40,000 nt of DNA from an uncultured Burkholderiales bacterium (GCA_903933115.1 CAIZIT010000016.1:7100-47099), one strand, 5' to 3'; positions 1-8,625 are shown, counted from the first letter of the stretch. The notes: a model not told the origin generated them from the letters alone. Translations and numbers: made by a program.

Positions 1-780
1 ACCTTGCTCTTTGAAAGTCGCAATACCAGGGGCCAAGGCAGAACGCTCTTTGCTCATCACGGCCAACATTTTCAATTTAGAGGCCTTGTACAAAGGCAAA
101 ATGGTGTGCATGGGCACAATCATCGCTGAAACATGACCGCCGGTTAAATCATTGATCGCATTGGAGGCGGCCTTAAAGGGAATGTGAAACAAATTCAAAC
201 CGGACTCCAACTTGAAGAGCTCCATGGACAAGTGCTGAGGCGTACCGTTTCCTGGACTCGCATAATCGAGTTGTGCACTTTTAGCCAGCGCTAAAAATTC
301 AGCCAAGGTATTGGGCGCCAAGCTCATGGGCGTGACCAAGCAAAGCGTTCCCGTTCCAAGAAGCGAAATGGGCACGAAATCCTTGATGGGATCAAAGCTC
401 AAGTTGGGGTTCACCGCAGAATTCAAGACAAAACTGGTTGAAGCCACCAACAAAGTCGATCCATCCGGTTTGGCCCTAGACACATAATCGTTGGCAATGT
501 TGCCACTCGCGCCCGCTTTATTGTCCACCACCACCACGGCTCCAAAGCGAGCGTTCAATTCTTTGGCCAAGATTCGGGCCAATATGTCTGGGCCAGCGGC
601 TGGGGTGGTGGGCACGACCAAACTGATGTTGGCGGACCAACACAAACCAGAAAAACAAAAAACGAGAGGCACCAGCAGCTTTAAAGAATTTGCGCAGTAT
701 TGAAGCTTTTGTTTCAGCATTTGTTGCAGCATTTGTTGCAGCATTTGTTTCAGCATTTGTTTCAGCATTTGTTCAAGCAT
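1..780 (-). CDS. Bug/TctC-family tripartite tricarboxylate transporter substrate-binding protein (partial; 3' end runs off the window)
   Basis: Not in the ORF track because no stop lies in the window. My reverse-complement translation from ATG at 720 gives MLKQKLQYCANSLKLLVPLVFCFSGLCWSA|NISLVVPTTPAAGPDILARILAKELNARFGAVVVVDNKAGASGNIANDYVSRAKPDGSTLLV...DYASPGNGTPQHLSMELFK...FHIPFKAAS. This is the Bug/TctC pattern seen in the other seven copies. The frame stays open to position 1. In-frame ATGs lie at 780, 768, 756, 744, 732 and 720, so the start is ambiguous. Confidence 0.85.
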   Translation of the reverse strand, partial: MLEQMLKQMLKQMLQQMLQQMLKQKLQYCANSLKLLVPLVFCFSGLCWSANISLVVPTTPAAGPDILARILAKELNARFGAVVVVDNKAGASGNIANDYVSRAKPDGSTLLVASTSFVLNSAVNPNLSFDPIKDFVPISLLGTGTLCLVTPMSLAPNTLAEFLALAKSAQLDYASPGNGTPQHLSMELFKLESGLNLFHIPFKAASNAINDLTGGHVSAMIVPMHTILPLYKASKLKMLAVMSKERSALAPGIATFKEQG

Positions 781-792
781 ATGTTCAAGCAG
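711..792. repeat. 12-bp tandem repeat, six good copies plus one degenerate (plus-strand unit GTTKCAGCATTT; minus-strand ATGCTGMAACAA = Met-Leu-Lys/Gln-Gln)
   Basis: Units read directly: 711-722 gtttcagcattt, 723-734 gttgcagcattt, 735-746 gttgcagcattt, 747-758 gtttcagcattt, 759-770 gtttcagcattt, 771-782 gttcaagcatat, 783-792 gttcaagcag. The repeat is in frame with the TctC ORF. An in-frame stop lies at 793-795 on the minus strand. Confidence 0.95.
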
Positions 793-1080
793 CTATTGAG
801 TCATTGATTAGACATTTGGTTTTTTTCATGGGTCAAAGTCACAAGGAGCAATTCAATTGTGTATCCATGCTCGAAGCATTGACCGTGCCACTCTAACTCA
901 AACAAACGCCCCGCTTGATCAGGTAAAACCAAGGTAAGACCGATCTCAAACAACCTCAACAACCTCAACAAATATCTGCAGCATACACAGGCAAACGCCA
1001 GTATGAAGCAAGACCCAAAACAGTTATGATCCGATCGAACATTTCCTCTTCCATTGAACCCTTCACCGGGTCTGAACACC

Positions 1081-2304
1081 ATGAGCAAAACAAAAATCAA
1101 CGTTGACGGCACACTGCTTGAGCGCCCTTTTCAGATCAAACGCCTAGGTCACTTTGGCATCAATGTGAAGTCTCCCAATGAGTCCATGGACTTTTACGGG
1201 CGTCTCTTGGGTTTTGAAATCTCTGACCACCTTGATTTCGGCCCTCGTATTCCAGAGCCCATTCGCTCCCAAGTGGGTCCCACCATTGGTCTTTTCACCC
1301 GTCACGGCACAGACCATCATTCCTTTGTGCTTTTTCCTAAAGAAGCCGTCTCCAAGGCCAACCCCCACTACAAAGACCATCCCGATCTCACCATCAACCA
1401 AATCACTTGGCAAGTCAGCACCTTAAGAGAGGTGGTCAATGGTCACGACTGGGCCCTTGAAAACGACATCAAGATCTTAAGAGCCGGACGCGATACGCCA
1501 GGATCGAATTGGCATTTCTATCCCGTGGACCCCTCAGGTCACATCAATGAGCTTTACTACGGCATTGAGCAAATTGGTTGGAGTGGACTCTCCAAGTCTG
1601 CTGAAATGCACACGATCAAGCACTTGAAACCCCCTCAACTGCCCCACCCTTCCGAATTCTCAGAAGTCTCCCATGCTCTGGAGCAAGGCATTGATATTCA
1701 CTCAGGCTGGAGAAAAGATGTCCACGGGCCTGAGACCTTTGATGTGGGGGGCGTCTTGTTGGCCAGGCCTTTCAAAATCCACCGCGTGGGCCCCTTGAGA
1801 ATTTTTGTCGACAATTTAGAAGAAACACTGTCCTTTTATACACAAACGATGGGGCTCAAAGTCACCGAAGAGGTTGAAATCCACCATCACCGCTGCGTCT
1901 TCTTGAGAGCGAACACAGAGCACCACTCTATCGCTTTGTACCCAAAGGCTTTGGCCCAAGAATTGAAGTTGCCCAACCCCTCCAGTCTCTTGTCCTTTGG
2001 CATGCAAGTGGGCAGCTACAAGCAACTCCTCGATGCCATCTCACACCTCAAAGATCAAGGGGTCAAGTTTTTGGAGCTTCCTCGAGAGATTTCTTGCGGC
2101 ATTGGGCACCACGTTTTTGCCATTGACCCCGATGGTTTTCTCATCGAACTTTACTGGGAAATGGAGCAAATTGGCTGGGACGGCCAACCCAGACCCGCGG
2201 CACTTCGCCAAACCATCAGCTCCAACCCCAGTGAGTGGCCCTCTGCCATAGAGGCTTCTGCAGATGCCTATTGTGGTGAAGTGTTCCTTGGACCTTTGAA
2301 TTGA
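1081..2304 (+). CDS. VOC-superfamily protein (glyoxalase/extradiol-dioxygenase fold), internally duplicated
   Basis: ORF 1054..2304. ATG at 1081 (MSKTK) is preferred over TTG at 1054, but neither has a clear RBS. Two homologous halves: LERPFQIKRLGHFGINV...HHSFVLFP...GHINELYYGIEQIGW and LARPFKIHRVGPLRIFV...HHSIALYP...GFLIELYWEMEQIGW. Confidence 0.8.
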   Translation: MSKTKINVDGTLLERPFQIKRLGHFGINVKSPNESMDFYGRLLGFEISDHLDFGPRIPEPIRSQVGPTIGLFTRHGTDHHSFVLFPKEAVSKANPHYKDHPDLTINQITWQVSTLREVVNGHDWALENDIKILRAGRDTPGSNWHFYPVDPSGHINELYYGIEQIGWSGLSKSAEMHTIKHLKPPQLPHPSEFSEVSHALEQGIDIHSGWRKDVHGPETFDVGGVLLARPFKIHRVGPLRIFVDNLEETLSFYTQTMGLKVTEEVEIHHHRCVFLRANTEHHSIALYPKALAQELKLPNPSSLLSFGMQVGSYKQLLDAISHLKDQGVKFLELPREISCGIGHHVFAIDPDGFLIELYWEMEQIGWDGQPRPAALRQTISSNPSEWPSAIEASADAYCGEVFLGPLN

Positions 2305-2331
2305 TTGAACTTACTTTAAGAAAAGCATTCC

Positions 2332-3300
2332 ATGAAGTTTTCTGTTCTGATGAAATCCGTTTTTTGTTCACTTCTAATGATGTTGTCTTTGAACATCTGG
2401 GCGCAAAAATACCCCTCTAAACCCATCACGCTCATTTGTCCCTTTGCGGCCGGTGGCTCAGCCGACATCATGGCACGCTTCATTGCCCAAAAGCTCTCGG
2501 ATGCGATAGGCCAGCCCATCATTGTGGACAACAAAATTGGAGGAGGCGGAGGCGTGGGATCGAACTTGGTGGCCAAGGCCAAACCCGATGGCTACACCTT
2601 GCTCTTGATCACTGGCGGATATCCAGCCCAAGCCGCGCTCAGCAAGAATCCACCCTTTGATCCGATCAAAGACATTGCCATGATCTCCACCCTCACCTTT
2701 TACCCCTTCATCGTTCACGTGAGCGCCAACTCGCCCTACAAGAACTTGAATGAGCTTCTTCAACAAGCCAAAAGCAATCCCAACAAGTTCAATTATGCAA
2801 GCTCTGGCTTTGGATCCATCCATCACCTCTCCTCTGAGCTCTTGAACGTGATGGCAGGAACTGACTTTGTTCACATTCCCACCAAAGGGGGCAACAATGC
2901 CTTGACGGAGCTGCTTGGTGAACGAGTGGACATGTTGATTGAAGCCCCAACGCTGTCTCTGCCCTACATCAAGACCGGTAAGATCAAACCTCTCGCAGTC
3001 ACCTCCAAAGAGCGCCTGAAAGCCCTGCCCGATGTTCCTTCCGTTTCCGAATTTTTACCTGGCTATGAGGTCAAGTCCTTCATTGGTTTGGGCGCCACGG
3101 GCGGAACACCCAACGACATCATCAAGCGTTTGAGCCTAGAGATGAAGAAAATCATCGATGACAAAGACAACCATGCGCGATTGGCAGAACTTGGAGGCGA
3201 CCCTCAGTCCAGTACCCCTGAGGAGATGCGACAATTCGTAGAAAACGAATACCAAAAGTGGCAGCGGGTGATCGACCTTAGAAAAATTGAAAGACAGTAA
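2332..3300 (+). CDS. Bug/TctC-family substrate-binding protein
   Basis: Signal peptide followed by YPSKPITLICPFAAGGSADIMARF...VDNKIGGGG...AKPDGYTLL...NYASSGFGSIHHL...HIPTKGG. This is the canonical Bug pattern. Confidence 0.9.
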   Translation: MKFSVLMKSVFCSLLMMLSLNIWAQKYPSKPITLICPFAAGGSADIMARFIAQKLSDAIGQPIIVDNKIGGGGGVGSNLVAKAKPDGYTLLLITGGYPAQAALSKNPPFDPIKDIAMISTLTFYPFIVHVSANSPYKNLNELLQQAKSNPNKFNYASSGFGSIHHLSSELLNVMAGTDFVHIPTKGGNNALTELLGERVDMLIEAPTLSLPYIKTGKIKPLAVTSKERLKALPDVPSVSEFLPGYEVKSFIGLGATGGTPNDIIKRLSLEMKKIIDDKDNHARLAELGGDPQSSTPEEMRQFVENEYQKWQRVIDLRKIERQ

Positions 3301-3303
3301 ATC

Positions 3304-4365
3304 GTGACAACATCTCCCAGTAAAGCCCCAGTGCGTGTCAACGCACAGGCGTTGAATCAGTTCTCCAAAGACCTATTTGTGGCCAAAGGCGTATCCGACG
3401 AACACGCTCAAACCATGGCCAACGCCCTGACCTGGGCCGACTTGAGAGGGGTAGACACCCACGGCATCTCTCGCGTGCCCATGTATTTCAGACTGCTCGA
3501 CAGCAAGGAGATGAATGCGAAACCGAAGTTGAGGGTTCTTCAAGAAACCTTGGCTTTGACGGTGCTTGAGGCCGATCGATCGGCCGGACCCATTGCCATG
3601 CAAGAAGCCAGTGACATCGCCATGAAAAAGGCCAAGCACACGGGTGTCGGCTTGGTCATGGTCAGAAACACCACCCATACAGCGTCTCTTGGCATCTACT
3701 CCGAAAAGATCGCAAAATCCGGCATGGCCTGCATTGCACTCGCAGCCTCAAGGCCCAATATGGGCTACTACGGCTCGAAAGCGGCGGGGGTCTCCACTGC
3801 CCCCTTCTCCATGGCTGTGCCAGGCCCCAAGGGACAAGCCATCATCTTGGACATGGCCTCAGGAATCGTCTCACTGGGCAAACTCGCGCAACTCAAAGCC
3901 AAAAACGAAGCGCTCCAACCCGGCTGGGCACTCGATGCAGAAGGCCAAGAAACCATCGATCCACAAAAGGCACTGATCCCCTTGCCCCTAGGAGGCCCCA
4001 AAGGATCTGGACTGTCTTTGATGTTTGAGATGATGGCCAGTCTTCCCGTTTTAAACCCGCTGATTGGTCACTTTTTCTCGGACAAAGAAGATGCACAAAG
4101 ACACTGTCAAAATGCATGGGTCATGGCCATTGACATCCAGCAGGTTTGTCCCGAGGCTTCCTTTGCTGAGGAAATGCTCAACACCATCAAAGCCCTAAAA
4201 GCGCTGCCTGTGGATGAGAAAGTGGGAACTGAAATTTTGATGCCTGGAGAGCGTGGCTACAAAGAGCGTGAGAAAAGAGAACAGCAAGGCGTGCCCATTC
4301 CCCCCAAAATGCAAGCCACATTGATCGACTTGGCGACCCAGTACAAGGTCGCGTCGCCCTTTTAA
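3304..4365 (+). CDS. Ldh_2-family (malate/L-lactate/ureidoglycolate/Pyr2C-reductase type) NAD(P)H oxidoreductase
   Basis: GTG start 4 nt after the TctC stop. Motifs DLRGVDTHGISRVPMY, TTHTASLG and GGPKGSGLSLMFE are typical of the Ldh_2 family. Confidence 0.8.
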   Translation: MTTSPSKAPVRVNAQALNQFSKDLFVAKGVSDEHAQTMANALTWADLRGVDTHGISRVPMYFRLLDSKEMNAKPKLRVLQETLALTVLEADRSAGPIAMQEASDIAMKKAKHTGVGLVMVRNTTHTASLGIYSEKIAKSGMACIALAASRPNMGYYGSKAAGVSTAPFSMAVPGPKGQAIILDMASGIVSLGKLAQLKAKNEALQPGWALDAEGQETIDPQKALIPLPLGGPKGSGLSLMFEMMASLPVLNPLIGHFFSDKEDAQRHCQNAWVMAIDIQQVCPEASFAEEMLNTIKALKALPVDEKVGTEILMPGERGYKEREKREQQGVPIPPKMQATLIDLATQYKVASPF

Positions 4366-4402
4366 AGGCCCTATTTTTTCAAGCTTTGAAGGCACTTAAT
4401 CC

Positions 4403-6001
4403 ATGAATTGCGATCTCTTGATCAAAGGCGGTCAAGTCTTTGACGGCAGCGGTGCCGCGTCCGAGTTTTTGGATGTGGCCATCCACAATGAACGCATCGT
4501 AGACATTGGGAAAAATTTAAACGTGCGTGCCACAAGAACCTTGGATGCGCGTGGATTGGTGGTTTGTCCTGGCTTTATTGACATCAAAACCCACTCCGAC
4601 TTTACCCTCCCCATCAACCCCAAGGCGGAAAGTAAGGTCAGGCAAGGCGTGACCACCGAGATCATCGGGCATTGTGGATTTTCTGTCGCACCTTGCCTAC
4701 CTGGCAAGGTCAAATTGCTGGCCGATTATTTGAATCCCAGTGCGCCTTGGTTGCCCTTTAGGGAGATGGACTTTCACGAGTATTTGAATTCATTTCCAAA
4801 AACATCTGTGAACGCAGGCATGTTGGTGGGTCACAATACATTAAGACTCATGGCCATGGGGATGGATCAAAGAGCACCCAGTGATTTGGAGTTCGAGCAC
4901 ATGAAGGAGATGCTCACGGAAGCACTGGAGGCCGGTGCATTGGGCATGTCCAGTGGACTCTTTACCTCACCAGGCTCCTATGCATCGCCCGATGAGCTCA
5001 AAAGCTTGGCCAAGATCTTAGAGTCTCATCAAGCGTCCTACTTTACGCACCTCAGAGATGAGTCCTCCGGTGTCCTCGACGCCTTAGAGGAGGCCATTGA
5101 GATTGGTCGCTCCAGTCGTGTGCATGTTCAAGTGGTTCACTTCAAGTGCTCAGGCATCGACAACTGGGGCAAGACCCAAAAAGCGCTTGAGATGATGCGT
5201 CAAGCGCGCTCCGAGGGAGTTGCCATTGATTGCGATGCGTACCCCTATACGGCTGGCAGCAATCCCTTGAAAAATATTTTGCCGCAATGGGTTCAAGCCG
5301 GCGGTGTGGACGCCATGATCGAGCGCTTAAAAAGTGCAGAGACACGCGATCGAATTCGAAGTGATATCGAGCGCGAGGGCTTGAACAATTGGGGAAGAAT
5401 TGAGTCTTGGGATGCGGTCAGGATCTCCATCACACCGCACTTGCCCCAATATGCGGGCAAGACCATCGCGCAATTGGCGAGCTTGAAGGACACCGATCCG
5501 ATCCATGCACTGTGCGACTTTTTGATTGAAGACCAAGGCGCAACTCGAGTGCTGATCACCTCCATTGCAGAATCCGATATCGTGGCATTGATCGCCTCCG
5601 AAGAGGTGTTGGTGGGCTCAGACGGAAACTGTGTTGCAGACTACGGAGTGGTGAGTCAAGGCATGCCCCACCCTCGGTTTTATGGCACTTTTCCAAGGGT
5701 TCTTGGTCGGTATGTGCACCGTGAAAAAGTGACGTCCCTGGCTCACGCCATTCACAAAATGACGGGAGCCACCGCCCAGGCACTGGGATTCAAGGACCGG
5801 GGACTCTTGCGTGTGGGGCATTATGCAGATGTAACCATCTTTGAGCCTGATGTATTTTTAGATCTGTCGACCTATGAAGAACCTCATCGCTATCCTCAGG
5901 GAAACAAAACCAGTGTGATTGTGAACGGTCAAGTCGTGGTCGAGAACTCGGTTCATACAGGTGCATTACCTGGAAAAGTTTTAAAAAGAGAAACTTTTTA
6001 G
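4403..6001 (+). CDS. D-aminoacylase-like amidohydrolase (N-acyl-D-amino-acid deacylase family)
   Basis: N-terminus CDLLIKGGQVFDGSGA...VAIHNERIVDIG...LDARGLVVCPGFIDIKTHSD...EIIGHCGFS, 532 aa, matches D-aminoacylase architecture. The first His of the HxH motif is Lys (K62-T-H64). Confidence 0.75.
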   Translation: MNCDLLIKGGQVFDGSGAASEFLDVAIHNERIVDIGKNLNVRATRTLDARGLVVCPGFIDIKTHSDFTLPINPKAESKVRQGVTTEIIGHCGFSVAPCLPGKVKLLADYLNPSAPWLPFREMDFHEYLNSFPKTSVNAGMLVGHNTLRLMAMGMDQRAPSDLEFEHMKEMLTEALEAGALGMSSGLFTSPGSYASPDELKSLAKILESHQASYFTHLRDESSGVLDALEEAIEIGRSSRVHVQVVHFKCSGIDNWGKTQKALEMMRQARSEGVAIDCDAYPYTAGSNPLKNILPQWVQAGGVDAMIERLKSAETRDRIRSDIEREGLNNWGRIESWDAVRISITPHLPQYAGKTIAQLASLKDTDPIHALCDFLIEDQGATRVLITSIAESDIVALIASEEVLVGSDGNCVADYGVVSQGMPHPRFYGTFPRVLGRYVHREKVTSLAHAIHKMTGATAQALGFKDRGLLRVGHYADVTIFEPDVFLDLSTYEEPHRYPQGNKTSVIVNGQVVVENSVHTGALPGKVLKRETF

Positions 6002-6030
6002 CGCGATCCCGAAGGCGCCAGGATCAACAC

Positions 6031-7470
6031 TCATGACACGGGCCATAAGAGTTTGTTGAGCCTTTTCATGTCCAGTCTTGATGAAATTCGCTTGGCGGCA
6101 TCTTGGACCTCTTTCATCAGTCCATGGTGGTCAATTTGAGTGAGCTCGCCGTCCTTCAACACTTGTTCTCCAGCAATGAAGACATCTTTCACGGTGTTGC
6201 CCGTTGCGCTGTAAACCAAATTGGAAACGGGGTTGTAAAGCGGTTGCCACTCAGGTAGCGTTGCATCAAAGAGCACAAAGTCGGCTTGCTTACCCACTTC
6301 AATAGAGCCAATGAAATCGGAGAGTCCAACACCTTTGGCACCGTTGATGGTGGCCATCTCCAAGGCATGCTCTGGGGGCATCACTCGAGGGTTCATTCTG
6401 ACCTCTTTGTACATGCAAGCGGCCATGCGCATCTCTTGCACCATGTCGACAATGCCAGATGATGCATGATCAGAACCCAGACTGACGTTGACCCCCATGG
6501 CCATCAGTTCAGGGTGCTTTCCAGCAGCCATGTAACCATAGCCATTGTGCAAAGAGGAGGATGGTGAGCAGACCAGGGTCGGTTTTCTCTTGATCAGCAA
6601 CGCCAACTCTTGAGGCTCGAGCCAGCCGGAGTGCACCAAAATCATGTTTTCATCCAAGACACCCAAGGATTCCAGTCTCTCAATCTCCGCCATGCCAGTT
6701 CCTGAAACACTGGCGTCATGCGTTTGGTACGAGAAACATGCGTGGGTTTGAAGTTTGACTTGGTGCTTGTTGGCCAGGTCCTTTAAGCCCGTGATCAATT
6801 CATCGCTGGCATTGTTCATGCCTCTGAAGGAGGCTGAGAGGGTCAACTTTCCATGGTGTTTGCCCAAATACCGCTCGAACAAGGCTTCTGTTTTATCCAG
6901 ACAAGCACCTGTCGACTCGATCATGCTAGGAGGCAAGATCCCCATCACAGACTTCGTCTTGTCAAAACAAGAGCAAGCGGCCACAAGACGCATGCCCGTC
7001 GACATCACACCCTCAATGGTGGCATCGGGGTGGTAGTTGCCGGGGTCGGTAAAGCAGGTGACGCCGTGCCTTAAAAGCTCAAGGGCTGCAAAAGTCGAAC
7101 TGACACGAACGTCCTCTTGCGTATTTGCAGCCTCATAAGGGTACATGTGCTCGTACAAAAACTGCTGAGCATTCGCCTCATCGGCCAAGCCCCGAGAGAG
7201 CTGAAATGAAGCATGCAAATGATTGTCAATCAAACCGGGTGTCACCACGCGTCCCTGTGCGCTGATCGTTTGGCGTGCACTCCACTTCTTGCTCAATGCG
7301 TCTGTCTTACCGACATCGACGAATTGACCATTGGAGATGGCCAGACAGGCATCCGTGATCACTCGCCGCTTGGAGTCCACCGTGACCAACCATTCGATGT
7401 GGGTGATCAACAAGTCACAGCTCTTGGGTGCTGAATCTGAATCGCTATAGGATGAAGACATCGAGTTCAT
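6031..7470 (-). CDS. Amidohydrolase (aminohydrolase/deaminase, TRZ/ATZ/guanine-deaminase-like)
   Basis: CDLLITHIEWLVTVD...VVTPGLIDNHLHASFQ...LQTHA...GSDHASS...GSIEVGKQADFVLFD. The start is ambiguous. ATG at 7470 is given here. TTG at 7527 would overlap the upstream TctC stop as TTGA. Confidence 0.8.
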   Translation of the reverse strand: MNSMSSSYSDSDSAPKSCDLLITHIEWLVTVDSKRRVITDACLAISNGQFVDVGKTDALSKKWSARQTISAQGRVVTPGLIDNHLHASFQLSRGLADEANAQQFLYEHMYPYEAANTQEDVRVSSTFAALELLRHGVTCFTDPGNYHPDATIEGVMSTGMRLVAACSCFDKTKSVMGILPPSMIESTGACLDKTEALFERYLGKHHGKLTLSASFRGMNNASDELITGLKDLANKHQVKLQTHACFSYQTHDASVSGTGMAEIERLESLGVLDENMILVHSGWLEPQELALLIKRKPTLVCSPSSSLHNGYGYMAAGKHPELMAMGVNVSLGSDHASSGIVDMVQEMRMAACMYKEVRMNPRVMPPEHALEMATINGAKGVGLSDFIGSIEVGKQADFVLFDATLPEWQPLYNPVSNLVYSATGNTVKDVFIAGEQVLKDGELTQIDHHGLMKEVQDAAKRISSRLDMKRLNKLLWPVS

Positions 7471-7523
7471 TGTAGGGTGATGGGTGGATGGGGCAACGAA
7501 GTGATGTTGTGAGATCGAGATGC

Positions 7524-8528
7524 TCAATCGGCCTTGATGTTGTTGTCTCGAATCACGCGTCCCCAGCGTTCTTGGTCTTTTTTGACAATCTCAAAAAAGA
7601 CATCCGATCCCACGCCAGAAGGCTCAAGCCCCAACTCTTTAAGTTTGGTGCTCATCTCGTGTCCAGTCACTGCTTTTTTGATGGCCTCTGTCAAGATAGC
7701 GAGAACCTCTTTGGGTGTAGCAGCAGGTGCAAAGACGCCGTGCCAGCCTTGAATGCTAGAGCCTGGATACAAGCTCTCCATGGTGGGTACGCCAGGCAAA
7801 GCGGCAATGGGCTTGGCACTGCTGGTCATCAAAGGCTTTAATCTACCCCCTTGTACCTGAGGCAAAATGCCCAAGGTGGTGTCAAAGATCAAATCGACCT
7901 CGCCAGACAACAGCGCCTGCATGGCGGGGCCATTGCCTTTGTAGGGAATGTGTTGCAATTGAATGCCCGCTACGCTTTTGGCCAACTCCATGTACATGTG
8001 CTGACCAGAACCCGTTCCGGCACTGGAGTAGTTCAATTTACCAGGTTGCTTTTTGGCGAGTTGCACCAACTCTTGCATGCTTTGTATGCCAGATTTCGCA
8101 TTGACGCTCAGCACATAGTCAAAAGTGCTGACCTGACTCACTGCAGCCAAATCGCGCAGCAAATCATAGGGGGTCTTTTGAAGACTCACCACGGTGACCA
8201 TGGGTGTAGCCGAGTTCAGCACCAAGGTGTATCCATCAGGAGCACTTTTGGCAACATAATCGACGCCGACCACACCGCCCGCACCGGCCTTGTTGTCGAC
8301 AATGACCGCTTGACCGAAAGCCTCGGTCAAGTTCTTGGCCAGCAAACGCGCCACCACATCCAAGGTACCGCCGGGCACAAAAGGCACCACCAATTTGATC
8401 GGCCGATTGGGAAAGTTAGACGTGTTGGCGTTCGTTTGAGCGTTGGCCGTCAAGGACATCAAAAGCCCCAAACACAGGGCACCCAGAACATTCAAACACC
8501 GATGAAGAGACCAATTTTTCATTTTCAT
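7524..8528 (-). CDS. Bug/TctC-family substrate-binding protein
   Basis: MKMKNW... signal peptide, then FPNRPIKLVVPFVPGGTLDVVARL...VDNKAGAGG...SAPDGYTLV...NYSSAGTGSGQHM...HIPYKGNGPA. Confidence 0.9.
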   Translation of the reverse strand: MKMKNWSLHRCLNVLGALCLGLLMSLTANAQTNANTSNFPNRPIKLVVPFVPGGTLDVVARLLAKNLTEAFGQAVIVDNKAGAGGVVGVDYVAKSAPDGYTLVLNSATPMVTVVSLQKTPYDLLRDLAAVSQVSTFDYVLSVNAKSGIQSMQELVQLAKKQPGKLNYSSAGTGSGQHMYMELAKSVAGIQLQHIPYKGNGPAMQALLSGEVDLIFDTTLGILPQVQGGRLKPLMTSSAKPIAALPGVPTMESLYPGSSIQGWHGVFAPAATPKEVLAILTEAIKKAVTGHEMSTKLKELGLEPSGVGSDVFFEIVKKDQERWGRVIRDNNIKAD

Positions 8529-8573
8529 TTGGAAATCTTGTCCCTACATCAACGCAGGGATGTTTTAGGAAAA

Positions 8574-8605
8574 GGGATTGGGGGATTGGGGGATTGGGGG
8601 ATTGG
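8574..8605. repeat. Perfect 8-bp tandem repeat (GGGATTGG)x4 giving a G3-ATT-G5-ATT-G5-ATT-G5 quadruplex motif on the plus strand
   Basis: Read directly at 8574-8581, 8582-8589, 8590-8597 and 8598-8605. It lies in the 97-nt spacer between the hydrolase stop (8626) and the TctC start (8528), both on the minus strand. Confidence 0.95.
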
Positions 8606-8625
8606 CGTATTCTGGATAGAAATGC

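Noticed and set aside
951-971. Short tandem repeats: CAACCTCAA x2 at 951-968, TTAACCC x2 at about 33264-33278, and GGCTTCAA x2 at about 11281-11303.
   Set aside because: Each has only two copies of a 7-9-nt word in intergenic DNA. That is within chance expectation for a 40-kb window, and no associated structure is apparent.
7524-7527. TTGA start/stop overlap between the TctC stop and a possible TTG start of the downstream amidohydrolase, as a sign of translational coupling.
   Set aside because: The extra 19 residues (MSISISQHHFVAPSTHHPT) look non-native, and an ATG at 7470 gives a normal N-terminus. The overlap is probably an ORF-calling artefact, although coupling cannot be excluded.
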